A program made the position numbers and the translations under genes. Shown here in pieces: positions 25,983-38,090 of a DNA stretch of 45,868 nucleotides. The stretch is from Octopus sinensis (taxonomy: Eukaryota), in contig NW_021834682.1 of the NCBI RefSeq assembly GCF_006345805.1, forward strand, positions 1 to 45,868, read 5' to 3'. Under the pieces are notes generated by a model. That model was not told the DNA's origin, made no database searches, and saw only the letters and a program-made list of their open reading frames with translations. Each line of letters opens with the position of its first letter. Positions within the stretch are counted from its first letter, which is position 1.

Positions 25983-26255
25983 AGTTCAGGACACTTTAAA
26001 GCATCATAGCCGAGATGAGAGACTTAAAAGGATTATATCAAACAAAAATCAACAGTATGTTAACATTGCAGTTTTAAGTTACGGGCACACTGGGCAGTTG
26101 TGTGGAGGCCTCTTATTTCTAGGGGCCCAATTACGATGTATATATCATGTGTCTTCCTGTGAGTAATCAAATATTATAGGCACTAGTTCAATGACTTGCT
26201 CGGAGCGAGGGCTACACTGCTACTAAGGTGTGCTAAGGTCGTGCATGTATGTATA

Positions 26256-26762
26256 TTAAATAATATATTTATTTTTCGATTTGAAGCCACAAATTTTAAA
26301 TATAAACAAATGACCGAAAAATGACGAGCTAGCCACAGGCTGAATCGAACCCACAAATCGACACTTACACGGCTCCTTGCAAATTCGATTGGCCAAGCGC
26401 TCACCCGTCAATTTCAGTGAAATTTAGTTAATTTATACTTAAACCGTTTAATACTGCATATAATATTTTTGTAAACAAACCTGAAAGGTATTTTAAGTTA
26501 AGCCTAGAAAGCTACAATGTAAGACTCATAGTATAATAATAACTGTATAATAATATATCATAATATTTACTCTTCAATTTGAAGCGACAATATTTAAATA
26601 TAAGCAAATACCCGAAAAATGATGAGTTAACTTCAGTCTGAATCAAACCCACATATCAACGCTTACTCGTCTCCTTGCAAGTCCGATTGGCCAAACGCTC
26701 ACCCATCAATTTCTGTCAAATTTAGTTAATATATACTTAAACTGTCTAATACTACATATACA
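26256..26762. repeat. Diverged tandem duplication, period ~298 bp
   Basis: tttgaagccacaaattttaaatataaacaaat...gattggccaagcgctcacccgtcaattt vs tttgaagcgacaatatttaaatataagcaaat...gattggccaaacgctcacccatcaattt. Confidence 0.85.
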
Positions 26763-27010
26763 TATATACATTTAGATAAAAATACTAATACTATATACAT
26801 AAATATTTAGATAAAAATAGTTATTGCCGGTTTACAGGGTTACCCAAGGTGTCGCATCCATGAAGTGCTTAGCTTTACTGTGTCTCTAGTCCCTAATTCA
26901 CGAAAACCACTTAGTCTACGGAAAATATGGGACATAATTATATTTATCTAAATACTCCTCTACTCTGTAACTTATTGTGTGCTTCTCTGTCGTATTTGTG
27001 ATTTGCTGAT

Positions 27011-27074
<64 letters not shown>

Positions 27075-27076
<2 letters not shown>

Positions 27077-28022
27077 AGGTAGATCAGAAAGAGCACAACA
27101 AACGGAAACCGTCAAAACACAACATGCGGGAAAAGGACGATAGCACGACAACGGTAAACAAGACAAACAAGACACAGGGGGCATTCGCAGCCAAATTGTC
27201 TCTTCAGTTGGAGTCCGGAATGTCTGCGTAGTTTCGCTGACTTACCTCCGATATTACTCGAAACCGGCTGGGCCAGAGAGTTAAGCTTAAAACATTAAGC
27301 CTCTGGGAAAGGCAACGAATGTACATATATGAAAATAAATATGTAAATAACGGAAAGGTTCTTTCGGCTATCGGACGAACGTAAAATATGAAACATGAAA
27401 TATATACAATGGTCAAACGCCTTTCGACTATGCAACAAAATAAAAATATTTGTAGAATTACAACAAAAATAAGACGAAACAAAAAGGGCCTTTCGACCAT
27501 CAGACGAATGTAATGAGCTAGTGCAAGGAAAGAAGAAATGGAAAAATCTTAACTGGGTGGGCTGCAGAACAGAACAGAACAGACGGGCGCAACCGACCTC
27601 AAAGGCGGCCGGTCGAAAAAGGACGACAACGCCTGAAGCGGACAGCGTTTACGTGGTAGGGGAGGGGAGGAGTTCAAGAGGGCAGAGTGACTAAGGAATA
27701 GGAGAGAGGGGAAAGAAATTAGAAGGACGAAAGAATGAAAGGGAGGGAGAGAGAAAAAGGTATAGCGGAGGTAAGAGGATGAGAGTCGTACATGATATTC
27801 AAGGGGTATCTTTTTTACAATGTATACAGTTGTACGTAACACTGCTTGGATAAATCAAAGGTAGCCCAGAAAGAACACAACAAACGGAAACCGACAAAAT
27901 GCAACATGCGGGGCAAAGAACGATGGCACGACAACAGCAAACAAGACAAAACAAGATACTGGGATCATTTGCAGCTAAATTGCCTCTTCATTCGGAGTCC
28001 GGAATGTCTGTGTAGTTTCGCC
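27075..28022 (-). mobile_element. Non-coding element with ~165-bp diverged terminal direct repeats, embedded in (TA)n
   Basis: 27075-27237 ~ 27857-28022 (aaggtag..cagaaaga.cacaacaaacggaaaccg...ggagtccggaatgtctg.gtagtttcgc). Confidence 0.65.
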
Positions 28023-28078
28023 CATTTATATCCTATGTGTGTATATATATATATATATAATATTAATTAGAGACAATG

Positions 28079-28110
<32 letters not shown>

Positions 28111-28159
28111 TGTATACAGAATACATATATTTATTTAAGAGAATATGTGTTTGAGAATA

Positions 28160-28415
28160 TGCGATCGTAGGATCGCAGTTTCGATTCCCTGACCGGGCGT
28201 TGTAAGTGTTTATTGAGCGAAAACACCTAAAGCTCCACGAGGCTACGGCAGGGGGTGATGGCGATCCCTGCTTTACTCTTTCGCCACAACTTTCTCTCAC
28301 TCTTTCTTCTGCAGGCCTGCTCGCTTAGCCAGCGGGATGGCGTCATTTGAGGTGCATTGTGACCAGCGATGTGAGGCAACATCTGATAGCCTGGTCGCTG
28401 ACGGTGATCACGGTG
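28160..28415 (+). mobile_element. SINE-like fragment (different family)
   Basis: B-box-like GTTTCGATTCCC followed by ttgagcgaaaacacctaaagctccacg body. Confidence 0.55.
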
Positions 28416-30337
28416 ATATATATAATGTAATATAATATAGTATAAGAAATGCGAAAACTCATTTCTGTGTGTTAGTTTGTCACACTTCGCCCACTCCAAC
28501 TCTCACTATTCATTAACACTTCTTCTATTGCTCATACTGGAGTGAGAGTAATAGTAGGCATAGAGAGGTCGAGGACGGTGGCGAAGACAGAGAGAAACAG
28601 ACAGACAGAAATAGAAAAAGAGAGGTGGGAAAGAAAGTCAAAGAAATTTAGGAAGTGTTCATAATGATTTTATTAAAAGTAGTAGTGTTGATGGTGGCAG
28701 TTGAAGAGAGAGAGAGAGAGAGAGAGAAAGAGTGGCCATGTGAGAGAAAGAGAGACTGAACACTGAAGAAACATGCTAAACGGTGTGTGTATGGCAGATA
28801 TGGTGGTGATGGTTGTGGTACTGTTGTTTATCATGCAGCTTTGCAACAAGTTTCAAGTCGACAACTTATATCACTTATATCATTGTTTTGATGAAAATTC
28901 TTCAAGTTAATTAAAATTTAATATGTAATCAATGTATGAAGCGACTTTGTTGGCATAGCCATGCATCCATACATGCATACGTACATACATGAAATATATA
29001 TACATATATATATATATGTTCGTCACAAAGCCTTGCAAAGCTAAGTAATCTATTTCTATTTAAGATTTTAAAATTTTAAAATTTAAAATATTTTAATAAG
29101 TCTTATTGTATAATTTGGTATTATATATAAATACTGATTGGTATGTAATGATTCAGTTATCGAAGTTTGTATATAATTATTAGATTTTTAACTCTACGTT
29201 TATTTGTAAGACTTTACTTAGCCAAAGAGATATATAGATCGTTAATAGTAATACGATTTTTTAAAGTTAGGTTTCATGTCTATACATTTATTGATACCAT
29301 AAATTTTAGTCTTTAATCACAATATTTGTTGATAATTATTTAGTTATTATTTTTAAATATTTTATAATTATTAGATGTGTACATAAATCTAATATATAAA
29401 TAACGATTTTTTAGTTAAATAATTTGGTAATTAAATCTTTGGACTATAACTGAGTTAAGGATATTTGTGAGTTTATTATATTTTTTTAAGCTATTTTATA
29501 TATTCATAAATATCTCTAATGGTTGACTTTGTTCTATTATACCTTTTATATAGCTGTTTTCAATTGACTATTTGTAGCAGTGTTTTTCATTGATAAATAT
29601 ATTCGTAGTATTTATTGGATACTATATAACTACGGATTGATTATTTCATTGTATAAGTATTTAGTTGTTGAAGATATGTATTTCATTATTTCATTATTAG
29701 TTCTTAACTATACGGTTTTTGTAAGTTATTAATTAGCCAACGAGATATATGGATCGTTAGATAGTTATAAGGTTCTTTTAAGATACTTTATTTGTTTACA
29801 ATTTGCTTTTTCATCTTTAATATTTTAATTTTTAATATATTTCATAAGTAATAATGAATAATTAATTTATTTAGTTTTTTAATATTGTATATATATTTCT
29901 TGATAGAGATAATTTCAGATCTTAATTCTTATATTTATATATATTTATATATATTTATTGGTAATTTAGTTATAATTCAAATATTTTATAATTATTTGAT
30001 TTGAACTTAATTTAATAATATGAATAGTGATTACTTTTTTGATTATTTTTTTTGTTAAATAATTAGGTAATTTGATATTGACTATAACTGAGATTAGGTT
30101 ATTCGTGAGTTTATTATGTTTTTAAAGCCATATTATATCTGAATAGATAAATACATTTTCTATCTATTCTTACCTTAAAATCTAATATTTAACATTATAA
30201 TTAGATTGTATGACATAATCATAATCGTTAAAGTTTCTAGTTTGATATTAGAGTTTTTATAAGAAAAATTATTATTTTATTTATTTCTTTAAAAAATATT
30301 GTTTAAATATATTTGCTTATTTATTTAACTATTATCT

Positions 30338-30437
30338 TTAACCTGAAGATTGACTACAACCATAATTCGAATTATTAATGGAATTTAAATTATTGTAATT
30401 CGAATTAGGTTATGGGCACGAAACGTACGTAGTGGTT
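30338..30437 (+). ncRNA. Type-I hammerhead-like motif with extended stem II
   Basis: AC-CTGAAGA(30343-30349)-70 nt-GAAA(30420-30423)-CGTACG-TA-GT; palindromic stem III ACGTACGT; insert pairs aacc/ggtt and taattcgaatta/taattcgaatta. Confidence 0.6.
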
Positions 30438-30709
30438 TTACTTTTTATCATATTAACTTTTTAATACTTTTTGATAGTTATATATATTTAATAAGAAAAC
30501 AAATTAAATAAATAAAATTTATAAATATAAATTAATAATTTTAATTTTAAATTTAAATAATTTAAATTTTATGTTTTATATATTTTGTATATTATATCAA
30601 TTATTTTTATTTTTATATTTTGGTTTATGTTTTGATTTGCCTAATAGTAGTTTTATCTCTAATTCATATATATATATATATATATATTATAGAGAGAGAG
30701 AGAGAGAGA

Positions 30710-30856
30710 GGTTGTATACTGTCAGCTTAACGTTGCAGTAAGGAGGGGGGATTACACCACCGCTGTTTAGCCCTAGGAAGCATCAACGCTTCCTAGAGCT
30801 AAACAGTGGTGGTGTACCTCACCCTTACTGTCACGTTAAGTTGACAGTATACAACC
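30710..30856. repeat. Fold-back (hairpin) element with ~70-bp arms
   Basis: ggttgtatactgtcagcttaacgt...tacaccaccgctgtttagccctaggaagc-atcaac-gcttcctagagctaaacagtggtggtgta...acgttaagttgacagtatacaacc. Confidence 0.9.
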
Positions 30857-30928
30857 ACACTATCGCCCCACCATCGTACATATCTCTATGAGATATTTAG
30901 AAATTTAATATTTCTGATATATAATATA

Positions 30929-30986
<58 letters not shown>

Positions 30987-30999
30987 CTATATATATATA

Positions 31000-31047
<48 letters not shown>

Positions 31048-31335
31048 TACCAAGTAAGTTAGGAGTTACGGATCCAGCACACTAAGGGATAATATTTATC
31101 CAATATACTGTTGGTATAATACCCAAATTCTTAATATACAAATGTTTTTAATTGCAATGCAATTAACTTATTTATTCTATTAAACGGATGAAGGTAAAGA
31201 AATATTTTACCATTAATTTATAATACAAATAAGAAAATGGAGAAACAATTTAGTTTGTTCATTAGCTTTCGGATATTAGAATGTTGGATTATTTATTCAT
31301 TTAACAAAAATGAGAACCTTAATAGCATACGTATA

Positions 31336-32900
31336 TCTCTTATTATAAAAGGCAGATTTTATCTGCCTCCCTTTGGGAGTTATAGAAATCTACAATATAG
31401 GATTTCTTCAATTACAATTTACCTAGCATTTTTAAGAGTAGAATGCATCGCGTCATGCCAGGTCCAGTTTTTAAAATTTAAACTCCAATTAAGCAAAATT
31501 TACAGAAAACTCACATTCTTGGTGTGTGTGTGTCAAATGCTTTTCTTAGTCTGGTTTACACCACAGGCAAACGCACACACACAGTGTGCAACGAATAAAA
31601 TGAAAGTAAATAGCGACAGAGTGATTTGAGGAAGACTAAACTGAAAGTATTTAAACCACTACTCAAAAAATAAAAAAACACAGCAAACAGAAACAAATAA
31701 ATACATAACCATTTACTCCTCACACAATTTCTTCAATTAGAATTTACCTAAGATTTTTCAGAGTACTTCAGTGGGTGATGCCATAAAAAATTTCTTTCAA
31801 TTTTACCACCAATTAAGACAAAATTCGAGAAAACTCAATATTTTAACATATCACTCCGAAAGCATTGATGTACATGTGTGCGTGAGTGTGTGTGTGTGTC
31901 ATTCCTCACACACACGCATACACATACATATACAACTACATACAACTACATACACATACAACTACATACAAACACGTGTGTGTTTGTTATTAGTAAAAGA
32001 GGCGCCAAAACTCAACTCACTTATCATTCCAACACATTTGCAAAGACACACGGACGGACAGAAAAGGTAAATTGGTTTTTATTTTACTCTGTATATATTT
32101 TATTATATAATATTATATATAGATATATGTATATATAATTGCAGTATGAAACAGTGTTTATGTATAAACAGACGACACTTATATATAGTTACCAAGCCGC
32201 CCGAATTTACCTATTCATATTTAAATGAGAATATCAGAGCAAATCTCTTTAGTACATTCGTGAAAACACGTATTATACTTCGTAAACACTTCAACTACAG
32301 TTTTGTACAAAAATCGAAGTGTAATTTTAATTCCGTGAATTATGGGAGATTTTTTTCCGAAATTTGTTCCTATTGTGTTTTCAAATTTGTAATTCTGACA
32401 AAAAATGGATACGAATTTCATTATATCAAGCAGCGAGTCAGAATTCGAAGGATTTTCTACTGAAGACCTTCATAAATCTAACTCTATGACTGAAAAAAAA
32501 AAGCATCTTTATATAAGAGTGAAGTTGTGTGTCTGTCTCCTACGATTTAGATTCCTAACTACTCACACATTTTGCGGTGCAGTTTTACCAAAAGCGGGTA
32601 TCTTATAGTCGTGATTCATATCGAGCCCTTCTGGGTATTAGCGTGCGTCTATGATGAGTCTACGATTTAAAAAAAATTACCATCATATTTCTCCATTTTA
32701 ATGCATTTTTTTCGCTTTTATATAAGGGAAGTAACTCTCTAAAAATATCTACGATGTGTCAACGATTTAAAAAAAAATTTACCTTGATTTTTTTTCAATT
32801 TTTAATGCATTTTTTTCCTATTTTTTGGCTATAACTCTCTAAAAATGCTTATATAGTTATTTCCCTTACAAACCCGAGCAACGCCGGGCGATACTGCTAG
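31336..32900 (+). mobile_element. Non-autonomous Helitron (composite)
   Basis: A|TCTCTTATTATAAAAGG 5' end; 3' hairpin CCCGAGCAACGCCGGG (32873-32888) then CTAG|T at 32897-32900; second 5'-end-like A|TCTTTATATAAGAGTGAAGTTG at 32506. Confidence 0.75.
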
Positions 32901-33499
32901 TACATTATAATTCAATACATATAAGATAAGAATATAATTATAAAAATCATAATATAAATTATTGTAATTATTAAAATCACTCCTGCACACTGAACCCGCG
33001 ACGCCCCGAATCGCGTCTGGAGCTCGGTGCGAGGAGGCGGCGGCGTGCTCGCGCGTCGTCCGTCGCTGCCACTGACGCTTCCGCCGACCTTAGGCAGGAG
33101 TTGTTACACTTGCTCGCGCTATCATAGCTTTTGAATAATGCCGCCTCAGGCTGGCTGGGCTGGCATCCCAACATCCCCCTGAATAGAACACCAGTTTGCC
33201 GAAGGTTTATCCATTTACAGCTGAGTGAACTGGGAAAACGTTAAAGAAGAATTTTACTCTAGAACTCAACGCATCACTGGTCCGAGAATTGAAACACCGA
33301 TTTTACAATCATGGATGCAACACCCTAACCACCAGAACTTTCATCTCTCTCTCTCTCTCTCTCTTTCTCTCTAAGAAGAGAGAGAGGGAGAGAGAGAGTG
33401 ATCTTCAAATGCAAATTACGTATTTATTTGAAATTTATATTTTTATAGGGAAAATTGTTGCAGTCTGTAACACAATTTCTGCTGAAAGTTATTATAGGG

Positions 33500-33803
33500 G
33501 CAAAAAGTTTGCTTCACAATCAGATTTGTCTGGGTTCAAGTCCTATTGCGTGGGGCCTTGGATAAGTCTTCTGCTATAACCCCGAGCCGACCAATGTGTT
33601 CTGGTGTATTTAGCAAACGGAAACTGAAAGGAGCTTTTCGTATGTAACATATGTGTGTGTGGGGGTGTGTTGGTCTCCCACAATATCTTGATGACCAGAG
33701 TTGGTTTACATTTGCTTAATAAGTAATGAGGTCGATTCATTCGACCAAATAAAACTTTTCAAAACAGTGCCCCAGTATGGCCGCAGTCCAATGACTGAAG
33801 CAG
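33500..33803 (+). mobile_element. Decayed tRNA-derived SINE
   Basis: gggttcaagtcctattgcgtgggg..cttggataagtcttctgctata...ggaaactgaa...ccagtatggccgcagtccaatgactgaa; homologous to 211-370 and 44490-44845. Confidence 0.75.
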
Positions 33804-34163
33804 AAGATATATCTGCACAAATATCCGTCATCTTTCGAACTTATTTCGTATAACAATTAATACATTCTTTTATTATTTGTTTATTTATATTTATATATAT
33901 AAAATCTTTATCTTGAGTTGAAAATTATTTCAAACCGCACAAAAGATACAATTATTTTATTTTTTCATAAATTAATTCAATAACATGCCTTCTCTTTTAA
34001 AGGTCTGCCTTGAGTCAGTCTGAGAATTATTCTTATGCCTCTGAGCGTGTATGATAGTTCGTGTGTATGTAGATGTGTGGTTACTTACAATTCACTCATG
34101 CTCACGAATACAAAATCACAAATACAGGCAGACATATGTGTGTATATATACACAACCACACAG

Positions 34164-34197
<34 letters not shown>

Positions 34198-34843
34198 ACT
34201 TCGTTTATTCTCCCCTCCGCCTCTCTTATAAGCTACTCCTCATCTACATGCACTCATACAAGCATACCTAAACACAGGCGTAGGAATAATTCTCAGACAG
34301 ACTCAAGGGAGAAATTTAAAACAAAGGAAATGTCATTGATGAGGTCAGGAATAGCAACGAAATCACCTTGACACACAAGCAAACGATTGCTTAACGAACA
34401 CATAAAACAAACGATCGGTTAGTTAGTTTGTTAAATATTGATCCGTTTGACTAACAATGCAAATGTCACTTTGAACCAGTACGTATGTTTACTGGGGCAA
34501 TGACCCTCCCAACACAACAAGATTTGTTTCCACACACGAATTCGGAACAAGAGTGTTGCAATCCGTATACAAAAATAAAGTATTTTACAAAATACTTTTT
34601 AAAAAATTAATTCAATGTCAAGAGGTTTAGATGAAAAAAGTATCGTTTCAGTAATATGGTGTCTTGTGAAAATACGTTTTCTTAAAGTTTTCTCAGTAAA
34701 AAAATTGTTTTGATGATAAGATGTGTGACAAATTGTCGTTTGATAATAGGTTTTGATGTCACTGATTATGCATGATATGAAATACCACAAATACATTTGA
34801 ATAAACAATTGGAAATCAATTTTAATGTGAGAAATCAACATAC

Positions 34844-34987
34844 CAAATAACTTAATACGATAAACTCCAGCTTTCCCATCAATATACAAATAAGAATTCT
34901 CTACGTCACCGGTACAAATTGTTTTATTTGTGTTTGGTTTTAGTTTGCATTCCATATAATATGGATAGGTAACTTTCATTGTTGAAT
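34844..34987 (-). CDS. Internal exon B (C-half of degenerate FTP-like domain)
   Basis: ctgttctctatag|ATTCAACA...TTATTTG|gtatgt; 144 nt, phase 1/1: (D)STMKVTYPYYMECKLKPNTNKTICTGDVENSYLYIDGKAGVYRIKLF(G). It has two Cys and a terminal beta-strand that runs into GCP of the EGF exon, like the EVEVxGC junction of FTP-EGF proteins. Confidence 0.75.
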
Positions 34988-35041
34988 CTATAGAGAACAG
35001 AATATACAATATACGTAAAAACAGAAAATTTATGTCAGTAA

Positions 35042-35267
35042 ATGTCAGGCTTAAGTAAACATAAATAAAACAAGTGTGTGTATGTGTGTGTATGCGTGTG
35101 TGTGTGTATTTATATGCCACTAAAGTGAACAGGGTCACTACTCAGTACCAGTATTGCTAGAATGTTAAGTTTCAGTAAATATAAATAAAACAAGTGTGTG
35201 TGAGTGTGTGTGCACGTGCGTGTGTGTGTGTATTTATATGTCACTAAAGTGAATAGTATTGCTAGAA
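35042..35267. repeat. Diverged ~120-bp tandem duplication just upstream (pre-mRNA sense) of the exon B acceptor
   Basis: agtaaa.ataaataaaacaagtgtgtgt...tatttatatg.cactaaagtgaa...agtattgctagaa occurs twice. Confidence 0.85.
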
Positions 35268-36191
35268 ATAAGAGTCAAATCAACTCAATAATCGCACATA
35301 CACATATTTATATATATTCATGGATACGTATGTATACATACATATCAGTGTATATGTGATGAGATCTACTTCACAGCCCTTAACTGCTCCTTTAAAAACT
35401 GCAAATCACCATCTTCATCATCAACATCATCATCGTATCAACTGGAAATTGAGTATATATGGTATATTTAGCACCCTGTCAGCCAGATCCATGACTACAT
35501 TTCGATACTAATTTGCAGTGATCTCATTTTTCTGACATTATCAATGCACTTGAGTAAGTATGACCCTTGCAGTGTCCTTTCTGCTAAATATTTTGGGCTT
35601 TTTATGTCTGCATAGAGAAAACTATTAAATACCACCGACTATTTTTCTTAGACGTGCTCTGAAATCAGCCGACATTCGTGAAATTGATAAATATATTGAT
35701 GAGAGGAGAGGAGAGAGAGAGCGAATGGTAAGGAAAGGTCTACCTTTGCACTGAAATACTTGCATTATTAACATTATTTTAGGTGGCAAACTAGCATTCA
35801 TTCCGGCGCTTTCCTCTTAAATTCTGCCGAGTCCAACTCGCTTCTAATTCTTCGGGGGTCGATAAAATAAGAACCACCCTGCACTAATTCCGGTTTGGAT
35901 TTTACACAAACTTGTAAGAATCTACGTATATACCACGTTGCCAATAATTTCAGAGATTCTGCTCACTTGGAATAATCGTTATAAATTTTCTAATAAGCAT
36001 TAAAAAACGTGCTCAGTCAACGTGAACCAATATTTTGATACTTTCATAAAATAATATTATATTGTCATTCAATTGATAATATCTGAATACTGTGTATTTA
36101 AAACGAATTAATTTCGATTTATCGTCATGAAAAATATAACTACAACAATCATTATCAACAATAAAATATAATATGAAATGTTGTTTCTCAC

Positions 36192-36341
36192 CCGCAAAAT
36201 TACTGTAAATTTCTACAGTACTAAATCTGTATGTGTTTCTGAAGAATATTCTTATCTGGGGTTTCTTTGCCTGTTTGTTATCAGAGGAAAATAAATAGGA
36301 ATACGTGCTCGACTCGTTCTTTATGAATTCATGATATTTTC
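36192..36341 (-). CDS. Internal exon A of a modular F-type-lectin-like/EGF protein (N-half of a degenerate FTP-like domain)
   Basis: Minus strand ttctttatatacag|GAAAATAT...TTTGCGG|gtgaga; 150 nt, phase 1/1, no stops: KYHEFIKNESSTYSYLFSSDNKQAKKPQIRIFFRNTYRFSTVEIYSNFA. PQIRIFFRNTYRFSTVEIY aligns without gaps to PYWQVMFDKPYTIYQLRIY of exon D. Missed by the ORF track. Confidence 0.7.
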
Positions 36342-37065
36342 CTGTATATAAAGAAATAAGTTTAGATTATTAAACTGAAAAATCGGAAAATGAATGCGAA
36401 TAGCAACAAACGTGAACAAGTGTTCAGATAAGTAATGGTATATTTTAGAAACAAAAGAGATTTTTTACATTTGAATTACGACAAATCCTTAAAATCCTTA
36501 AAAAACGTTTTAGCCCGAAGGCCGCGGCCATGCTGGGGCACCACCGCTGAAATATTAACACAAAGAAACTACAAGTTTTATTCTGATTATAGAAAGAGGT
36601 TACAAATATTGTAAAAATGTTCTTTTATTTTCCGAAGATGCAGCTGTATTAGTCCTGGTGTATATACTCGAAGGAACAGCCTCTATTCAGTTTATATTTA
36701 CGTTGTGAAAGAAAATACAAAACAACCCTTCCATCACTACGTTATAGTGAAACATGTGGTGAGATTGTGAGATCTAATACTCTGAAGAAGGAAGGCGCTG
36801 AGCTGGGAGAAACGTTATCACGTCGAACAAAATGCCTAACAGCATTTCGTCTCCTAAAACGGTGAGGTAGTGGAACCGTTAGAACGTCGCGCACGAAGGG
36901 CTTGACGGTATTTCATCCGTTTCTGAGTTCAATTTCCATTTTACTTTTCATCCATTTGAGGTCGTTAAGCTATCAGTTGATTACTGAGATCAATATTATC
37001 AACTTCCCAAGAAATAGTTGCACCTGTGCCAGAATTTGAAACCTATATATTTATATAAAAATGAA

Positions 37066-37078
37066 ATGAATATATATA

Positions 37079-37114
<36 letters not shown>

Positions 37115-37450
37115 TGTATGTATGTATGTATGTATGTATGTATTTATGTACGTATGTATGTATGTATGTATGTTTGTATGTATGTATGTATGTATGTATG
37201 CATGTATGTATTTATGTACGTATGTATGTATGTATGTATGTTTGTATGTATGTATGTATGTATGTATGTATGTTTGTATGTATGTATGTATGTATTTATG
37301 TACGTATGTATGTATGTATGTATGTATGTTTGTATGTATGTATGTATGTATGTAGGTATGTGTGTGTATGTATGGATGTATATATATATATACATATATA
37401 TATTAATATATACATACATATATGTACATACCTACATATACATGCATATA
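37066..37450. repeat. (TATG)n microsatellite with recurring variant units
   Basis: Directly visible; the variant block tatttatgtacgtatg recurs three times. Confidence 0.95.
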
Positions 37451-37819
37451 TAGGTACAGGGCATCAAAAAATCGTTCAACACAATGAGAAACTTTAACAT
37501 AAAAACAAAAACAGAAAACGAACATTTTTTTCGAACAACGAGAAAAACAAACAGAGAAACGAGACATGACTACGCGTAATTGATTGGTCAGCTGCAATAT
37601 TTTGAGCTCTTTTCTTTTATTTTAGACTTACTCTTCTTGTCCTGTACTTTTTCAGGTTTAGTAAGTACTTAAGAATATTGTTAATCTTGCTCACATTTTT
37701 CAATTTAACATATGGCAAGAAAATAATTTCATTTTCCGCAAATAGTTACAATATTTTTTAAATGACTTTTGTGAATGTTATAATTTTCTCCTTTTGACAT
37801 TTGATAGACGTTACTCTTG

Positions 37820-38090
37820 GTTTACTTTAGATGCAAATTGCGCGTAATTTTGTTTCCAGCTGTTAGTTCAGTGCGAAAACGGACATTTTCGCCATATTTT
37901 GCTTTTTTAAAAGGCAAGAGAGCTACTGAGAAAGAAATGTACGAAGTTTATGGTGTTGAAGGCACGTCAGAATTTGTTTTTTCACCCAAAATTGATCAAC
38001 GTTCTGGTCGACCTGCTGTGACGATAATGACCGAATGAAAACCATAATTGAATCTGATTGTCATATAAATGTGCGAAAGATTTCAGAGAT
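37820..38090 (+). mobile_element. mariner transposase N-terminal (HTH) fragment
   Basis: HFRHILLF / KGKRATEKEMYEVYG / RSGRP / MKTIIESDCHINVRKISE remnants. Confidence 0.75.

Noticed and set aside
29040-30300. Mitochondrial rRNA/tRNA NUMT
   Set aside because: No recognisable 12S/16S conserved motif or tRNA fold seen; a control-region origin cannot be excluded without a search.
34599-35138. 179-aa minus-strand ORF as a single-exon gene
   Set aside because: Only 34844-34987 is bounded by AG/GT and domain-like; the rest is intron read-through including (CA)n.
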